From assembly GCA_002633005.1 (NCBI GenBank), contig NMRA01000475.1, positions 62,001-126,000 on the forward strand: a stretch of DNA of 64,000 nucleotides, read 5' to 3'. Of the stretch, positions 53,215 to 64,000 are shown one piece after another. This DNA is from Phoronis australis. Lineage: Eukaryota; Animalia; Phoronida. The translations under genes and the position numbers were made by a program. The notes under the pieces are model-generated. The model worked only from the letters and a program-made list of their open reading frames with translations. It was not told the origin of the DNA and did no database searches. The first letter of the stretch is position 1; the number at the start of each line of letters is the position of its first letter.

Positions 53215-53519
53215 CAGTGTTAAGATGCATACCATAGCTAACACTGGACAATATTTTGAGAAACTTTGGCCATTCACGTTATGCACATTTGAAAATTTTT
53301 TGCAATTACTTGCATCTGAAATTGGTGAAATTTTACCATATCTAAAACATCTAACTTAAGAATGATGCAGTGTATGAACAGGTAATGTGAATGTGTAGAA
53401 TACTGCTAAGCAAATTCGTGGATAAAAAAATCAAAGTGGCTGCGAGTAAACTAAAACTGCATAAAGGTATGAATGCCCAATTCTCAATGTACCAATTTTT
53501 CTTCAAAATACAAATGTAC

Positions 53520-53669
53520 CTGAGTAAATGATGGAAGAAGCGTCGGGCAAATCTACTGATGGGGTCTCTGAACTCCAAAACGACAGCTTCAGACAGAGGT
53601 CGTGTGGGGGCATAGAAGGTACCCAGGGCAGCTTCTAACTGCGACTCCCTGTCTGCATTCAGTGGTAGT
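53520..53669 (-). CDS. WDPCP: WDPCP exon (LPLNADRESQLEAALGTFYAPTRPLSEAVVLEFRDPISRFARRFFHHLLR)
   Basis: Matches EREAQLETSLGTFYAPTRPL...YARRFFHHLLR; phase 2 on both sides. Confidence 0.96.
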
Positions 53670-54131
53670 CTGTATTACAAATAGTAAGTGTAAGTAGAAA
53701 TCTTGGGCAATATGTGTCGAGGCACTTTCAAAAACTAAGTATGTTAGGAAAGTCTTGCTGAAGGCAGATAACATCATACTGTACTTAGGCTAGACCTTAA
53801 GGGAGACAAAAAAGTACCAAGATGAACAAGGATCTAAATGTCTAATTTTTGCTTTACCTCATGGGGTCTATGGGGAACATTTTTCCCATATGCTGGATTA
53901 GCAGCGGGTGAAAGTCTTTACGCAATGTTGTGTAAAATGTTAAATTAACAAATTTGTATTCACCATCTTCATTTTCAAGTTGTTCCCAAACAAATCATCA
54001 TGTATTGGTGCACAGAGAATATGCATTTGGGAAAAAAGAACAAAGAAAATATGACCGATTCTATTGTTTCAAACAAAAAATAATGTTTGTACATAACATC
54101 ACAGGTAACAGCAATAAAAACAAAAAGTTAC

Positions 54132-54220
54132 CTGAGTAAGTGTGTCACTATAGCGTTAAGACAATTATAACAGTCCTGTCCCTCAATGTTCCAGTTCAAA
54201 CTGGCTAGGAGATTTACAGC
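54132..54220 (-). CDS. WDPCP: WDPCP exon (AVNLLASLNWNIEGQDCYNCLNAIVTHLLR)
   Basis: Matches AINILSSMNW...C...SAIVNHLLR; canonical splice sites. Confidence 0.94.
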
Positions 54221-54567
54221 CTGAAACATATGAATATAGAGAGAAACAATACCTCAAGGATTACAAATAACCCTTGTCTGTATCTCAGAGAACATTGTTT
54301 GTATCAGTTAGTTAAGTACTTTCTAATTAAATATTAAGGATATGACACATAATGAACAATCACTAATATACAGTTATCCAGGCCCAGTTGTGCCAACAAA
54401 GACTTTGGTTCACCTCTTCAGCAGTCCACTAATGGGACTAGACAACCACTACAACTATTGTGATCTTCAAAGACTGCATTAACGAAAGTTAAACACGAGA
54501 GAACATAGTAATTTCACGCAAGATAAAAGCTGTCATTTCTAACAATGTGCGTGTTCTGTGTACGTAC

Positions 54568-54667
54568 AGCTCCAATCTCCCTATGTTTGATATATTGGTT
54601 CACTAACTGAAGGCAGCCAGAGTAATTAGACAGTCCAAGGCTGAGCTGAAGAACCGCCAGGGGACCC
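54568..54667 (-). CDS. WDPCP: WDPCP exon (GPLAVLQLSLGLSNYSGCLQLVNQYIKHREIGA)
   Basis: Matches RGPLGVL.FKLG....QYI; tttcAG acceptor and GTACGT donor; phases fit. Confidence 0.9.
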
Positions 54668-54742
54668 CTGAAACAAATGAAACACTTAGCAATAAAAACA
54701 GATTACTAGATTCAGTGAGTTGAGGTTTCCAGACACTAGCAA

Positions 54743-55744
54743 CAGTGGCGGATCTAGGATATCACAAGGGGGGCCCAACATTTTGTCCGGCTACAAGCAT
54801 TTGCGTAAAGTGAACCACAATTGTAGATGTGCATAGCATCGAATTAGGGGAGGTCGGGAGGGGGTCCCGCCCAGGAAATTTTTCTGTTTTTACCTCTAAA
54901 AATCAAGCATTTTCCTTGATTCCTGAAGTATTATCTAAGAAAAAAAAGCAAAAAAAAAAAAACAAAAAAAAAACGGAGAACGTGTCAAACAGGAAAAACT
55001 GCGAGTTCCGAAGATTCAAACTCACGACCTGGCGGTAAGAGCGCGCGTGCATTACCACTACACCACCACGAACGAACTACTAACCACATATTAAGAGACC
55101 TACTCGTTTATGGTCCACAGCGTTTGCGCGCGAATCCTACTTCTTTTTGTAATGCTTATTACACGTTTTATATTTTGTGCCATCAATTTTTAACAAATTT
55201 GTTGTATATAAAATAGTCTTCAAATGCCCAAAAGACCAAATCCGTCTTTCGTGTTGGCAATAATGACGGGATTGCTTTTAAATTAGAAATCGTCCTAAGA
55301 TAAGGTTTGACAAAGAGAGTATTGCGAGTTTCTGAGTGATTCACTAAGGCTTCGATTAAAATTCACATCTTCCCAGCAGCCTCTGTTTTTTCATCGTCAC
55401 TCAGGTTCCATCTCTTTAAAAAATGAAGTAAATTTTCTTCATTGCACAGTGGAGCAGATGATGGAAAAGGAGTCGTAGTGCGCAGCGCCACTGCCGGTCG
55501 CCTGGGATATCGCGGGAGAGCCTATACTTAGCCATAGTTCCGTTACGAATGCGCCGTGTTCCGAATTTGACACTTGAAATTGGATTTGAGCCCCCCCCCC
55601 AACACTAAAACTGCACACATTTAAATCTTTTTTCATAATAAACTCATCATTTCCCTACGCTCTTACTGTTTTCTTTTTTCAAGTTTGCGGCAGCCAAGGG
55701 GGGGGGGGGCCTGGGCCCCCTGGCCCCCCCTAAATCCGCCTATG
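54743..55744. mobile_element. About 1 kb hAT-like MITE (CAGTGGCGGATCTAG / CTAAATCCGCCTATG) containing a tRNA-like fragment
   Basis: TIRs with G/C-run subtermini and a possible 5 bp TSD (AGCAA/AGCAG). A tRNA-like A/B-box sequence lies on minus at about 55002-55070. Confidence 0.75.
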
Positions 55745-56266
55745 AGCAGTCTTTTGCCTTCTTAAGATAATGCAGCAAAATAAAGTTTAAGCAGGGGTTA
55801 AAACGATTCAAAAACAGGACTAATGTTCTACAATATTTTACAGACAATTGCAAACAAACTGTTGCCATTCCATTGTTTTCCTAAATCATTAAACAACTTG
55901 TAATTGTGTAATTATGGACTGTGTAATTTTATTGGAGGGCTTTGCTGGAAAGCAGTCATGAATTTAGCAACCTATCATCTCAATGTATAATTCATATAAT
56001 AAAAAATAAAATAAATAATAAATAAAATCGCATTAAGTATAATTGATATACTTGTAACAAGATGCAGAAGAAATACTGATTACCAGAAGTAACTGACATA
56101 GATGATAATGGAATGTACCAAATGTACTAACAGTTACACGCAGCTCAGATATTGATATTGAGATACTGCGCAGCTTAAATGCCAATTAAGAGATGCAGTT
56201 AAGATACTCGTAACAAGGTGTAACAGACATACTGTTACAAGATACAACTTAGATATTGATACTAAC

Positions 56267-56368
56267 CTGTCAAAGGCCATCAGCAGTGAGTCTGTACTGC
56301 TCGTGCCGCCATCTGTTGTCTGAGGTTCAAATGGACACCACATGACTTTACTAAGTGTGGGCGGAGAT
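56267..56368 (-). CDS. WDPCP: WDPCP exon (SPPTLSKVMWCPFEPQTTDGGTSSTDSLLMAFDR)
   Basis: Phase 2 on both sides; D.L...FDR joins GPL of the next exon, as in vertebrate DLLFLRFERGPL. Confidence 0.9.
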
Positions 56369-56917
56369 CTGGAATGTGAAGGTCAGAGTTCAAAGCGGCT
56401 GTAAAACCAGAGTTCTGTCTAACTTCAGATCTAGACAATACATCTGCCTTGAAAAAATAACAGTTCCTATTTGCTGGAGAGCTGCTTGGTGCATAAAACA
56501 ACCCACCCTGACAAACTAACTTATGGAGTATGGTCGAGACGAATGACCAATAAGACTAAGGAACAACGTGAGTCCAATGTCATAATGGCAGACGATCTAA
56601 ATCAAAAGTTAAGACTACTGATGGAAGACTGGGACCATTGAGGAGTTGGAATTGGCTGTAGGGGGTATCGTATTTTAAACACCAGTTTAATGCCTGCTAA
56701 TCACTAGAAAACTGGTTCTCAAAATGCTGGACTCCTGTAAGTGAGCATTACCTCTCAGTTGGTATCAATTACACAACATTGTCAAAGATATTACTTTAAC
56801 TAAAAATATTTTATGATAAATGAAAACAAAAGGTCTCCTATGCTCACAAGAATCACCCATCAAAGCTATAACACCAGTAAGTTTTAACACCCCAATTTAC
56901 ACACACTACCACCTCTT

Positions 56918-57180
56918 GGGTGTTTCATGAAGGTGACGTAAGGCAGAAATTTGGTCTTATGCTCCCAATTCACAATTGGTTAAAAAAGGTATAGCCAAGT
57001 ATATACGAGAGCATCACAGTCTAAAAATAATTTATAAAAATTATCTCACTAACTAATAATCATGTGTATATTCTCAGAGACTTTGTGCATTTGCTCAAGT
57101 GAGATTAACTTATTTTTCAGAAATAGTTTGGTGGGGCGTAAGAGTAAATTTCGGTCTTAAGTCATTTTACAACAGGCCCC
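56918..57180. mobile_element. About 260 bp MITE, opposite-orientation relative of 8145-8407
   Basis: Reverse complement of its right end aligns with the left end of the 8145 copy (AACTATTTCTGAAAAATAA). Confidence 0.6.
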
Positions 57181-57713
57181 AGGAATGGCATGTTAATTTG
57201 AAGTTCTAAAAGTCCTCAGGCACATCGCGTCTCCTTCAGTGAGTTTTAGAAAGATGTAGATATGACATACAAATCCTTTTGTGCTCTGACACTTTCTTTC
57301 AATTCATTATCAGCTTGAGACAAATTCCAAGAGCAAAGCAGGACACTTCAACCTACCCACCACTCCAGCACCTCCAATGCAGGGGAGATAATGTCCCCAA
57401 GGAGACAGGTCGAAAATGTAATTGAAGAGGGATACTTGACTTATGTTAGGGTGGATATGCGCTGATTTACTTATTTATTATGATATTTAAAATTAGGGTA
57501 GCCCCATCAGTTTTCACTGTTTTCCATGGGGGCTCAAAACTACCTCAGTAACCTTTGCAGATTTTCCTCCCTGGCAAAAACAGCATGACAGCTGATCATC
57601 TCCAAAAATATAATGGACCTTAGAGCAAAACTATTCCACTGAGCAATGGCCCTAATTAGCTGCATATTCTAGCAAAAACCCAATATGTGTTCCTCGTACA
57701 AGTAACCACAGAC

Positions 57714-57805
57714 CTGAAGTAGAGACCCAACTCCAGCATGCGCAGTGGTTTATGCTCCTCTGACATCAGCTGGAACAGCAGGGGGTTGAGAGCAATGTCG
57801 TAAAG
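57714..57805 (-). CDS. WDPCP: WDPCP exon (LYDIALNPLLFQLMSEEHKPLRMLELGLYFR)
   Basis: Matches IFDMALSPINIQLLAE; phase 0 entry, phase 2 exit. Confidence 0.92.
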
Positions 57806-58203
57806 CTGGAAATATGCAGGGTGCACCATCATCACTGAACAGAACAATACTGGGGGACACTAAACCAATAAGACATGGAAGATATGCAACTCAAACAGAC
57901 AAACAGATGGAAACATTGAAATTCCATAGACACATTCAACTTTAAGTACCAAACGGGAGCTTTTTATGTACAAACACTTCAAGGGGATGATTACTGATTA
58001 AGCCATTTTTCAGTGATTTGCAAGACCAACATTGCAATCTGACAACTTGAATAAAAGACAAGAAATCGACCTTGCAAATTTTATAAAGCCCCGTTATCAT
58101 GAACACGTAAATATCAACATATTTAACACTAACAAACTTGAAACAATACAAGGCAACCATAGTCCAAGCTATAGTATCAGGGAAATAACTGTCAAAGACA
58201 AAC

Positions 58204-58275
58204 CTGCACCTCACCACGGGAACTGGCCACCAGAATAATGGTACCACTGGGGTGCCAGTTGATGGAGGCAGGGAT
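58204..58275 (-). CDS. WDPCP: WDPCP exon (IPASINWHPSGTIILVASSRGEVQ)
   Basis: WD-repeat segment matching HPSGAILLVGSNQGELQ; canonical splice sites. Confidence 0.94.
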
Positions 58276-58443
58276 CTGTAAAAACATAGAGTATAGTGTG
58301 AATCAAATGTAAAGTTAACTTTTGATAAGGGTGGAGGGGCGTCAAAGAAACATTCAAACTTTTGATTTAGACCACTTAACAGTCACTACATTGCCCTCAA
58401 CTTGTTTCTTATTCAGGGGAGAAGTGATTTATGAGATTGGATA

Positions 58444-59167
58444 ATTATTTGAAGTCAAGCTCAGCTAATAACATCAAATGCCATGACAATTCCTCATTAT
58501 TTGAAGTCAAGCTCAGCAAATAACATCAAATGCCATGGCAATTCCTCATTATTTGAATTCAAGCTCAGCTAATAACATCAAATGCCATGACAATTCATCA
58601 TTATTTGAAGTCAAGCTCATCAAATAACATCAAATGCCATGACAATTCCTCATTATTTGAAGTCAAGCTCAGCTAATAACATCAAATGCCATGACAATTC
58701 CTCATTATTTGAATTCAAGCTCAGCTAATAACATCAAATGCCATGACAATTCCTCATTATTTGAATTCAAGCTCATCAAATAACATCAAATGCCATGACA
58801 ATTCCTCATTATTTGAATTCAAGCTCAGCAAATAACATCAAATGCCATGACAATTCACCATTATTTGAATTCAAGCTCAGCAAATAACATAAAAAATGTC
58901 ATGACAATTCATCATTATTTGAATCAAGCTCATCAAATAACATCAAATGCCATGACAATTCCTCATTATTTGAATTCAAGCTCAGCAAATAACATCAAAT
59001 GCCATGACAATTCACCATTATTTGAAGTCAAGCTCATCAAACAACATCAAATGCCATGACAATTCCTCATTATTTGAATTCAAGCTCAGCAAATAACATC
59101 AAATGCCATGACAATTCACCATTATTTGAAGTCAAGCTCAGCAAATAACATCAGAAGCCATGACAAT
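58444..59167. repeat. 52 bp minisatellite, about 14 copies
   Basis: ATTATTTGAA(G/T)TCAAGCTCAGC(T/A)AATAACATCAAATGCCATGACAATTCCTC, head to tail with no spacers. Confidence 0.96.
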
Positions 59168-59957
59168 CCAACTTGTTCAGCCTGGTCTCAAATATGAACA
59201 AAATATTAGTTCTTTCCAAGAACTGAAACTACCTCTAATATGAATAAGGACAAGTTGAGAGAAACTACATTGGTGTAACTGGTCTAAATAACAAGTCATT
59301 TTTTGACAGCCAAGGCAGGTTTACAGAGGTTTATAGTTCTCACATTACGGTGTTTTCCCATTGACAAGTTGGGAAGATGATCCCTGTAGCCAATATCTTA
59401 CACCACCGATTAACTCCATTCTGGCATTCAGGGTTGGAGGGCCAGCTCTCTTTTGTTCGATAATTGCTCTAATCTCCAATAAGATTCTATCTAGCCTGAC
59501 TGGGCTGTGCTGTTAAAAATAAAATTTACGTTATAACATATTTGAACATGAACCAATAGCATTATTTTCTGAATTCCTCATCAAATGTTGATAATGTTTA
59601 CTTTTTGAATCGCCAAAATCGCCCACCTACAACCGAAGTTACGACAATCTATTCTTTCTGAATGTACCAATATTCGCTCTGGGATTGACTGTGTTTACAC
59701 GGGGTCTGTAATAAGCCTAGTAGATAATTGGCTTGCCTGTTGTCATAACAGACAAAAGACTGTGCTTGGCAGTTAACAAAGGAGCTAGATGTTATCACAC
59801 CCTCACAACCCTCTACATCAGATAAAGTCACTGAACAGAAGAACGCCATAATGAACCATCAACTATGTGACATTATTACACTGATGCAAGGTGAATGACT
59901 GACTAGTCATGTGTCTTGGATAGCATACCATCAGAAGGGAAAATGTGAAGATCATGC

Positions 59958-60190
59958 AACAAGAGCAATGCATAGCAATGATATGAGTGCACTGTGTGGT
60001 GCTCATTTCTTCATACGTTCAAAGTAGTAAAGAGAGCTACATTAACGTAACATTGAGTCCATGGAACGTAGTGCTAAGATGTAAAAATTGGTAAATGCAG
60101 TCCTAGCATATTTTGAGACTCCTGAAAAGAAAACTAAGTTGCCACTAGATGGCACTGCAGCAGTCAGATCCGTTCAATAATAGACGGCAG
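59958..60190. mobile_element. Degenerate fragment of the HINE family seen at 30738
   Basis: AACAAGAGCAATGCATAGCAATGATATG resembles the 30738 end; contains GCCACTAGATGGCACTG. Confidence 0.5.
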
Positions 60191-60234
60191 TCATGCAGTA
60201 ATATATACTTTGCAAAGACTTAAAAATTATTTAC

Positions 60235-60285
60235 CAAGTTTGACTTCACTGTTTCTGTAAGGCGTCTGTTCTCATCGTATAAAAC
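60235..60285 (-). CDS. WDPCP: WDPCP exon (VLYDENRRLTETVKSNL)
   Basis: Matches ILYETHRRVT; phase 0 on both sides. Confidence 0.92.
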
Positions 60286-60496
60286 CTGAAAAAAATCGAA
60301 CCTGAGAAATAAAATAATTTTTATTCAGTTGAGTAAAATTACATGTAAATCAAGGTTAACAAACCACTTACAAAAAAAAATTATAACATTCCATTAACAG
60401 TTGAAATGTTGCAAACACAGGATTTTAATTGTGCTTGCACAAATTGTGCCAACTTTTATTCCTCTAATTACCAGAAGTATAGCAGTAGACACTTAC

Positions 60497-60567
60497 CAAA
60501 GTGCCGTCATCACAGCCTAACAACACACGATCTTCCGCGTAGTTACGTCCCTGTGTTATGACACTGT
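60497..60567 (-). CDS. WDPCP: WDPCP exon (NSVITQGRNYAEDRVLLGCDDGTL)
   Basis: Matches CRNVTEDKLILGCEDSSL; phase 1 entry, phase 0 exit. Confidence 0.93.
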
Positions 60568-60863
60568 CTACAAGTAGAATATTTCTCTGCAGTACATGAC
60601 AACAAAAGAAATCCTAAGACCATTTACAATCTATCATGTATTGGAAATCGGACAACAGATATTTCATTCTTCAAATTGCAAGCACTCTGAGCATACCATC
60701 AAAGCAAAAACTGTCATAATTTTTCGTTGCGACAATTTGTGATTCCTGGGGTTGCACAAACTGTTAAAACCCTCAAATTTAATCTTCGGGAGAACGTATA
60801 AATTGTCCCAATTCAACTCGGAGAGGCAGGACCCCACAGGGAAGAAGAAAGAAAGAATCTTAA

Positions 60864-61242
60864 GGTTACGCAGGACCTTAGGTCCAAACGTGACTAACTT
60901 TGGAACATCTTATCTCAAAAATCACTGAACAGATTCATATGAAACTTTCAGATGTTATGAACGTACTCCAAAATGCCGTTAGGAATTGAATTTCATGATT
61001 TTCATAAAAAGAAAATTTACATCACATAAGAATTGATCATGCTATTGATACCATTGTTTTTCCATCAATTTACCCTTCTCTTTTCCTAAACATTTACTAC
61101 AAGGACATGGCCACAAAATCTAATTAATGAAGTCAAAGAAGTAAGAAGTCAAAAATCCAATTCTTTATACATTTACTAAAATCAAGGGTTTTGTAGATAT
61201 TTGGATAAGTACACAGACTAGTCAACAAGGTCCTACATAACC
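60864..61242. mobile_element. MITE with 16 bp TIR GGTTA(C/T)G(C/T)AGGACCTT, Kolobok-like
   Basis: TTAA|GGTTACGCAGGACCTT ... AAGGTCCTACATAACC; the right-hand TTAA is not retained. Confidence 0.55.
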
Positions 61243-61704
61243 GTGTGCATCAGTCAAGTGAAAGATTAACATACTATTCTGTTTTAAAAGCATTTTCATG
61301 CAATAGTAGGTACTGAAATTTAAAGATTGTGACAGATGTGACAGTTTGTGGTCCAACAAAACGCTTCATATTAAACTAGAACAATTCTCAGCAGCTGGGC
61401 AGATGGTTTACATATGATATCATTGAACACCTCTAGAACCATAGATGTATGTTAAATGGCACATTGAATAATTGTAAAGAATTCACAATGGCATTAAACG
61501 TCAACTTTGAAAAAAATAGTGTTATAAATTTGTTTGATGTACTTGATTAGATTTCATATTGCTGTGCGTGTATGTACTTGTGGGTTGAATTAATAAATGT
61601 TTATAACTTCTAAAAAAACTTTGAAAAAATAACAAGATTAAGTAATCTTTTAGCTTTTAGAATTCTTGAACACTTAAATGAAGTAAACTTATCAAGTGAC
61701 TTAC

Positions 61705-61741
61705 TTTTCAGTGGTATTGAGGTAACGGCCACTCTGTGTAT
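61705..61741 (-). CDS. WDPCP: WDPCP 37 nt exon (IHRVAVTSIPLK)
   Basis: Matches IQCVSVTRIPLK; attttAG acceptor and GTAAGT donor. Confidence 0.92.
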
Positions 61742-61992
61742 CTAAAATATAAGTTGCCATGATTCAGAAAATGTAAAATAATTGACACAATAGTTGCACA
61801 TTTCAAACATAGGGTTTCTATATCTTCTTGAACAAGATGACAACAGTTACTAATAACAGTAATTCAAATCATGGTAAATATGGCTTTTCTACATTTTCTC
61901 ACCTTTGTTGTAAATATCCACATTTGAGTAATCTAGATAAAAAGTCACTCTAAAAATAGCAAAACTTTAACCTGGAGTAAACAGGGTTCATT

Positions 61993-62262
61993 AGACAAAT
62001 TTAACTCATAGTGCCATTTCTATAACAAGACATTTTCCACTAGTTATAATCAGACGCCTAATTCATGAAAATAGACTCAAGACAAATTTAACTCATAGTG
62101 CCATTTCTAAGACAGACAAGACATTTTCCACTAGTTATAATCAGAGGCCTAATTCATGAAAATAGACTCAAGACAAATTTAACTCATAGTGCCATTTCTA
62201 TGACAAGACATTTTCCACTAGTTATAATCAGACGCCTAATTCATGAAAATAGACTGAAGACA
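61993..62262. repeat. About 87 bp tandem repeat x3
   Basis: AGACAAATTTAACTCATAGTGCCATTTCTA... repeated three times; copy 2 has a 4 bp insertion. Confidence 0.92.
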
Positions 62263-62414
62263 GAAATTTGGTCTTAAGCTACACACAACTGTTTCTGAAA
62301 AGCGATTAAATCTCTCTTTAGTAAAAATATGAAATCTCCAAGGATATATCCACTACTTCTGGTAACAATGATAACTCCTGACCAGATTATAGCCACCAGA
62401 TTATGGCCACATAT

Positions 62415-62573
62415 TACTGATAATAAGCTGGACTAAAAAATATTCAAGTTTTACCAAGGTCTGGGTCATGTATGACTAATAATCTGGACTTATATTCAAG
62501 TTTTACCAAGGTCTGCGTCACGTATGACTGATAATAAGCTGTACTTATATTCAAGTTTTACCAAAGTCTGGGT
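62415..62573. repeat. About 55 bp imperfect tandem repeat x3
   Basis: TATTCAAGTTTTACCAAGGTCTG recurs three times. Confidence 0.75.
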
Positions 62574-62837
62574 TCACTTCATAACAGTGACTCAATAATT
62601 AAAACTTACAACAGAAAGTTAGTCTTACACTCCCACGTCGCAACTGCTGAATAGCCAAGTAATTTTGAGAGCACCACAGTCTAAAAATACTAGAAATTAT
62701 TTCAACAACTAGTAGTTATGTGTATATTCTCAGAGACTTTGGACTTTTGCACAAGTGTGATTTACTTAATTTTCAGAAACAGTAGTGTGAAGCATAGGAC
62801 CAAATTTTTATCTTAAGTCTTTTAAGTGACTTCTCAC

Positions 62838-62937
62838 CTTGTTGCGTGCGATCTCATACAGTGATAGGTCCACATTGATCTCCTTCCCAGCTGCTGGGGC
62901 TTGTTCTATGGTGAATATCTGGTGAGGTTGAATGGCA
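62838..62937 (-). CDS. WDPCP: WDPCP exon (SAIQPHQIFTIEQAPAAGKEINVDLSLYEIARNK)
   Basis: Matches QPYQVFTVE....IYECIRNK; canonical splice sites. Confidence 0.93.
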
Positions 62938-63035
62938 CTGAAATATTAGAGTGACATAAAACAGTACACAAACTTTTGAGTTAGCTCAAAAATTGAGTCA
63001 ACATTTAACAAAATTAAAGAGTTTCTTTGGCTTAC

Positions 63036-63098
63036 CTGAACTGGGCGTGCACAGGGTCACACTCTGTTCGCGTGAAACACATCACTTCGAGTTTAGCA
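63036..63098 (-). CDS. WDPCP: WDPCP exon (AKLEVMCFTRTECDPVHAQF), the most 5' exon identified; gene start is outside the window
   Basis: Matches RLEVLSSVRTEWDPLDVRF; tttcAG acceptor and GTAAG donor. Confidence 0.92.
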
Positions 63099-63350
63099 CT
63101 GAAACAGAGACCATGCTCACAAATTACTTCAAAACAGGTAACTTAAGGAGTCCAGTCGACAGATTGTGTTTTAAAAGACCAGAAAGCTGTATATCTTCAA
63201 AAAAATTTCAAATAAAAGTCATATATAATGACTTAGCAATAGTGTTACTTTCAACATTTCCAAAAAGTTGGTCAGTTAAACAATAGACAAGTAGTCACCT
63301 ATTGTTCGCTGTTACTTATAGGTTATTGGTTTCACAACACATGTGTAATT

Positions 63351-63848
63351 CAGGGCTTGGAATGACCGATGACAAAAAACGCGGAAACTTTTACGGCCCA
63401 AATCATGCCAGATAACCAGCCTTTGAAATGGTCAATGTGAACCTTTCCGCGACAAAAATCGGGAGGACTAAAAAAAAACGTTACCACCATCAGTAGCATG
63501 CGTCTGCGTCCTTTTCGCTCGCCCGTCCACTCTCAACCCACACAATTTTGGCTGCAGAGCGGTAGTATTTGTCGCCGCGCTTAACAATAACACGAGCCGC
63601 CATTGAAAATCACACCACGCTTTACCCAGATGCCCCGGCAATGTTGACAATTTACGTTCCTCCAAAACATAAAGAGCAACTTCCGCTTTCCGAGGTGAAC
63701 GTCGTCTGCAACGCCGCGGTAAGAAAGGAATTTGCCGCGGAAATTTCATATCAAATCCGATTTTTTTACGCGGAAATATTATAAAAAAGCGGAAAGCACA
63801 TTTCAAAAAAGCGGAAATCCGCGTTTCTGCGGAAAATTCCAAGCCCTG
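63351..63848. mobile_element. 498 bp hAT-type MITE with 13 bp perfect TIR and 6 bp TSD
   Basis: GTAATT|CAGGGCTTGGAAT ... ATTCCAAGCCCTG|GTAATT, with subterminal GCGGAAA repeats. Confidence 0.9.
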
Positions 63849-64000
63849 GTAATTCCCACTTCCCGAATTTAAATCTCTTTTTTGCTGAGGCAGAAAAACG
63901 TATTGTAAAATTCACCTAGTCTATAACAGACAGAGCCACTAACAGTCAAGGCAGACATGTGGAAAACGATTTCTCTTTCCCCACTCAGGTCACGCCCACC

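Noticed and set aside
55002-55070. tRNA gene, or tRNA-Sec linked to SBP2
   Set aside because: Only degenerate A/B boxes inside a MITE, with no complete cloverleaf. No tRNA-Sec or SECIS was recognised by eye anywhere in the window.
58444-59167. CRISPR-like periodic array
   Set aside because: Head-to-tail 52 bp units with no unique spacers, in an animal intron, and no cas genes.
63917-64000. Possible further WDPCP exon at the window end (G|GTGAAT donor)
   Set aside because: Translation does not resemble the expected upstream WDPCP sequence, and the phase does not fit.

Overview
AT-rich, intron-rich animal genomic DNA, probably a marine invertebrate; the species cannot be fixed from the sequence alone. 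Two spliced genes lie on the minus strand. The first is the 5' part of a SECIS-binding protein 2 gene of the SBP2L/invertebrate-SBP2 type: ATG at 42099, six phase-consistent exons to 12935, a probable seventh at 1276-1384, continuing beyond the window start. The second is the 3' part of WDPCP/Fritz: 16 phase-consistent exons from 63098 to the stop at 50172. Introns and the intergenic region hold a decayed LINE RT, two Penelope-like GIY-YIG fragments, a Helentron-type non-autonomous element, several MITE families and many short tandem arrays. One N at 46688 separates an empty-site copy and a filled-site copy of the same locus. I found no convincing new multi-gene system. The best leads are a PAM2-like motif and a DSGxxS degron in SBP2, a CTCF-like motif array carried by the Helentron, the polymorphic 1.38 kb insertion, a shared in-frame TGA in both Penelope copies, an outward-facing tRNA-like inverted pair, and a possible NAGNAG microexon. 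Protein family assignments come from recalled motifs, not from database searches.
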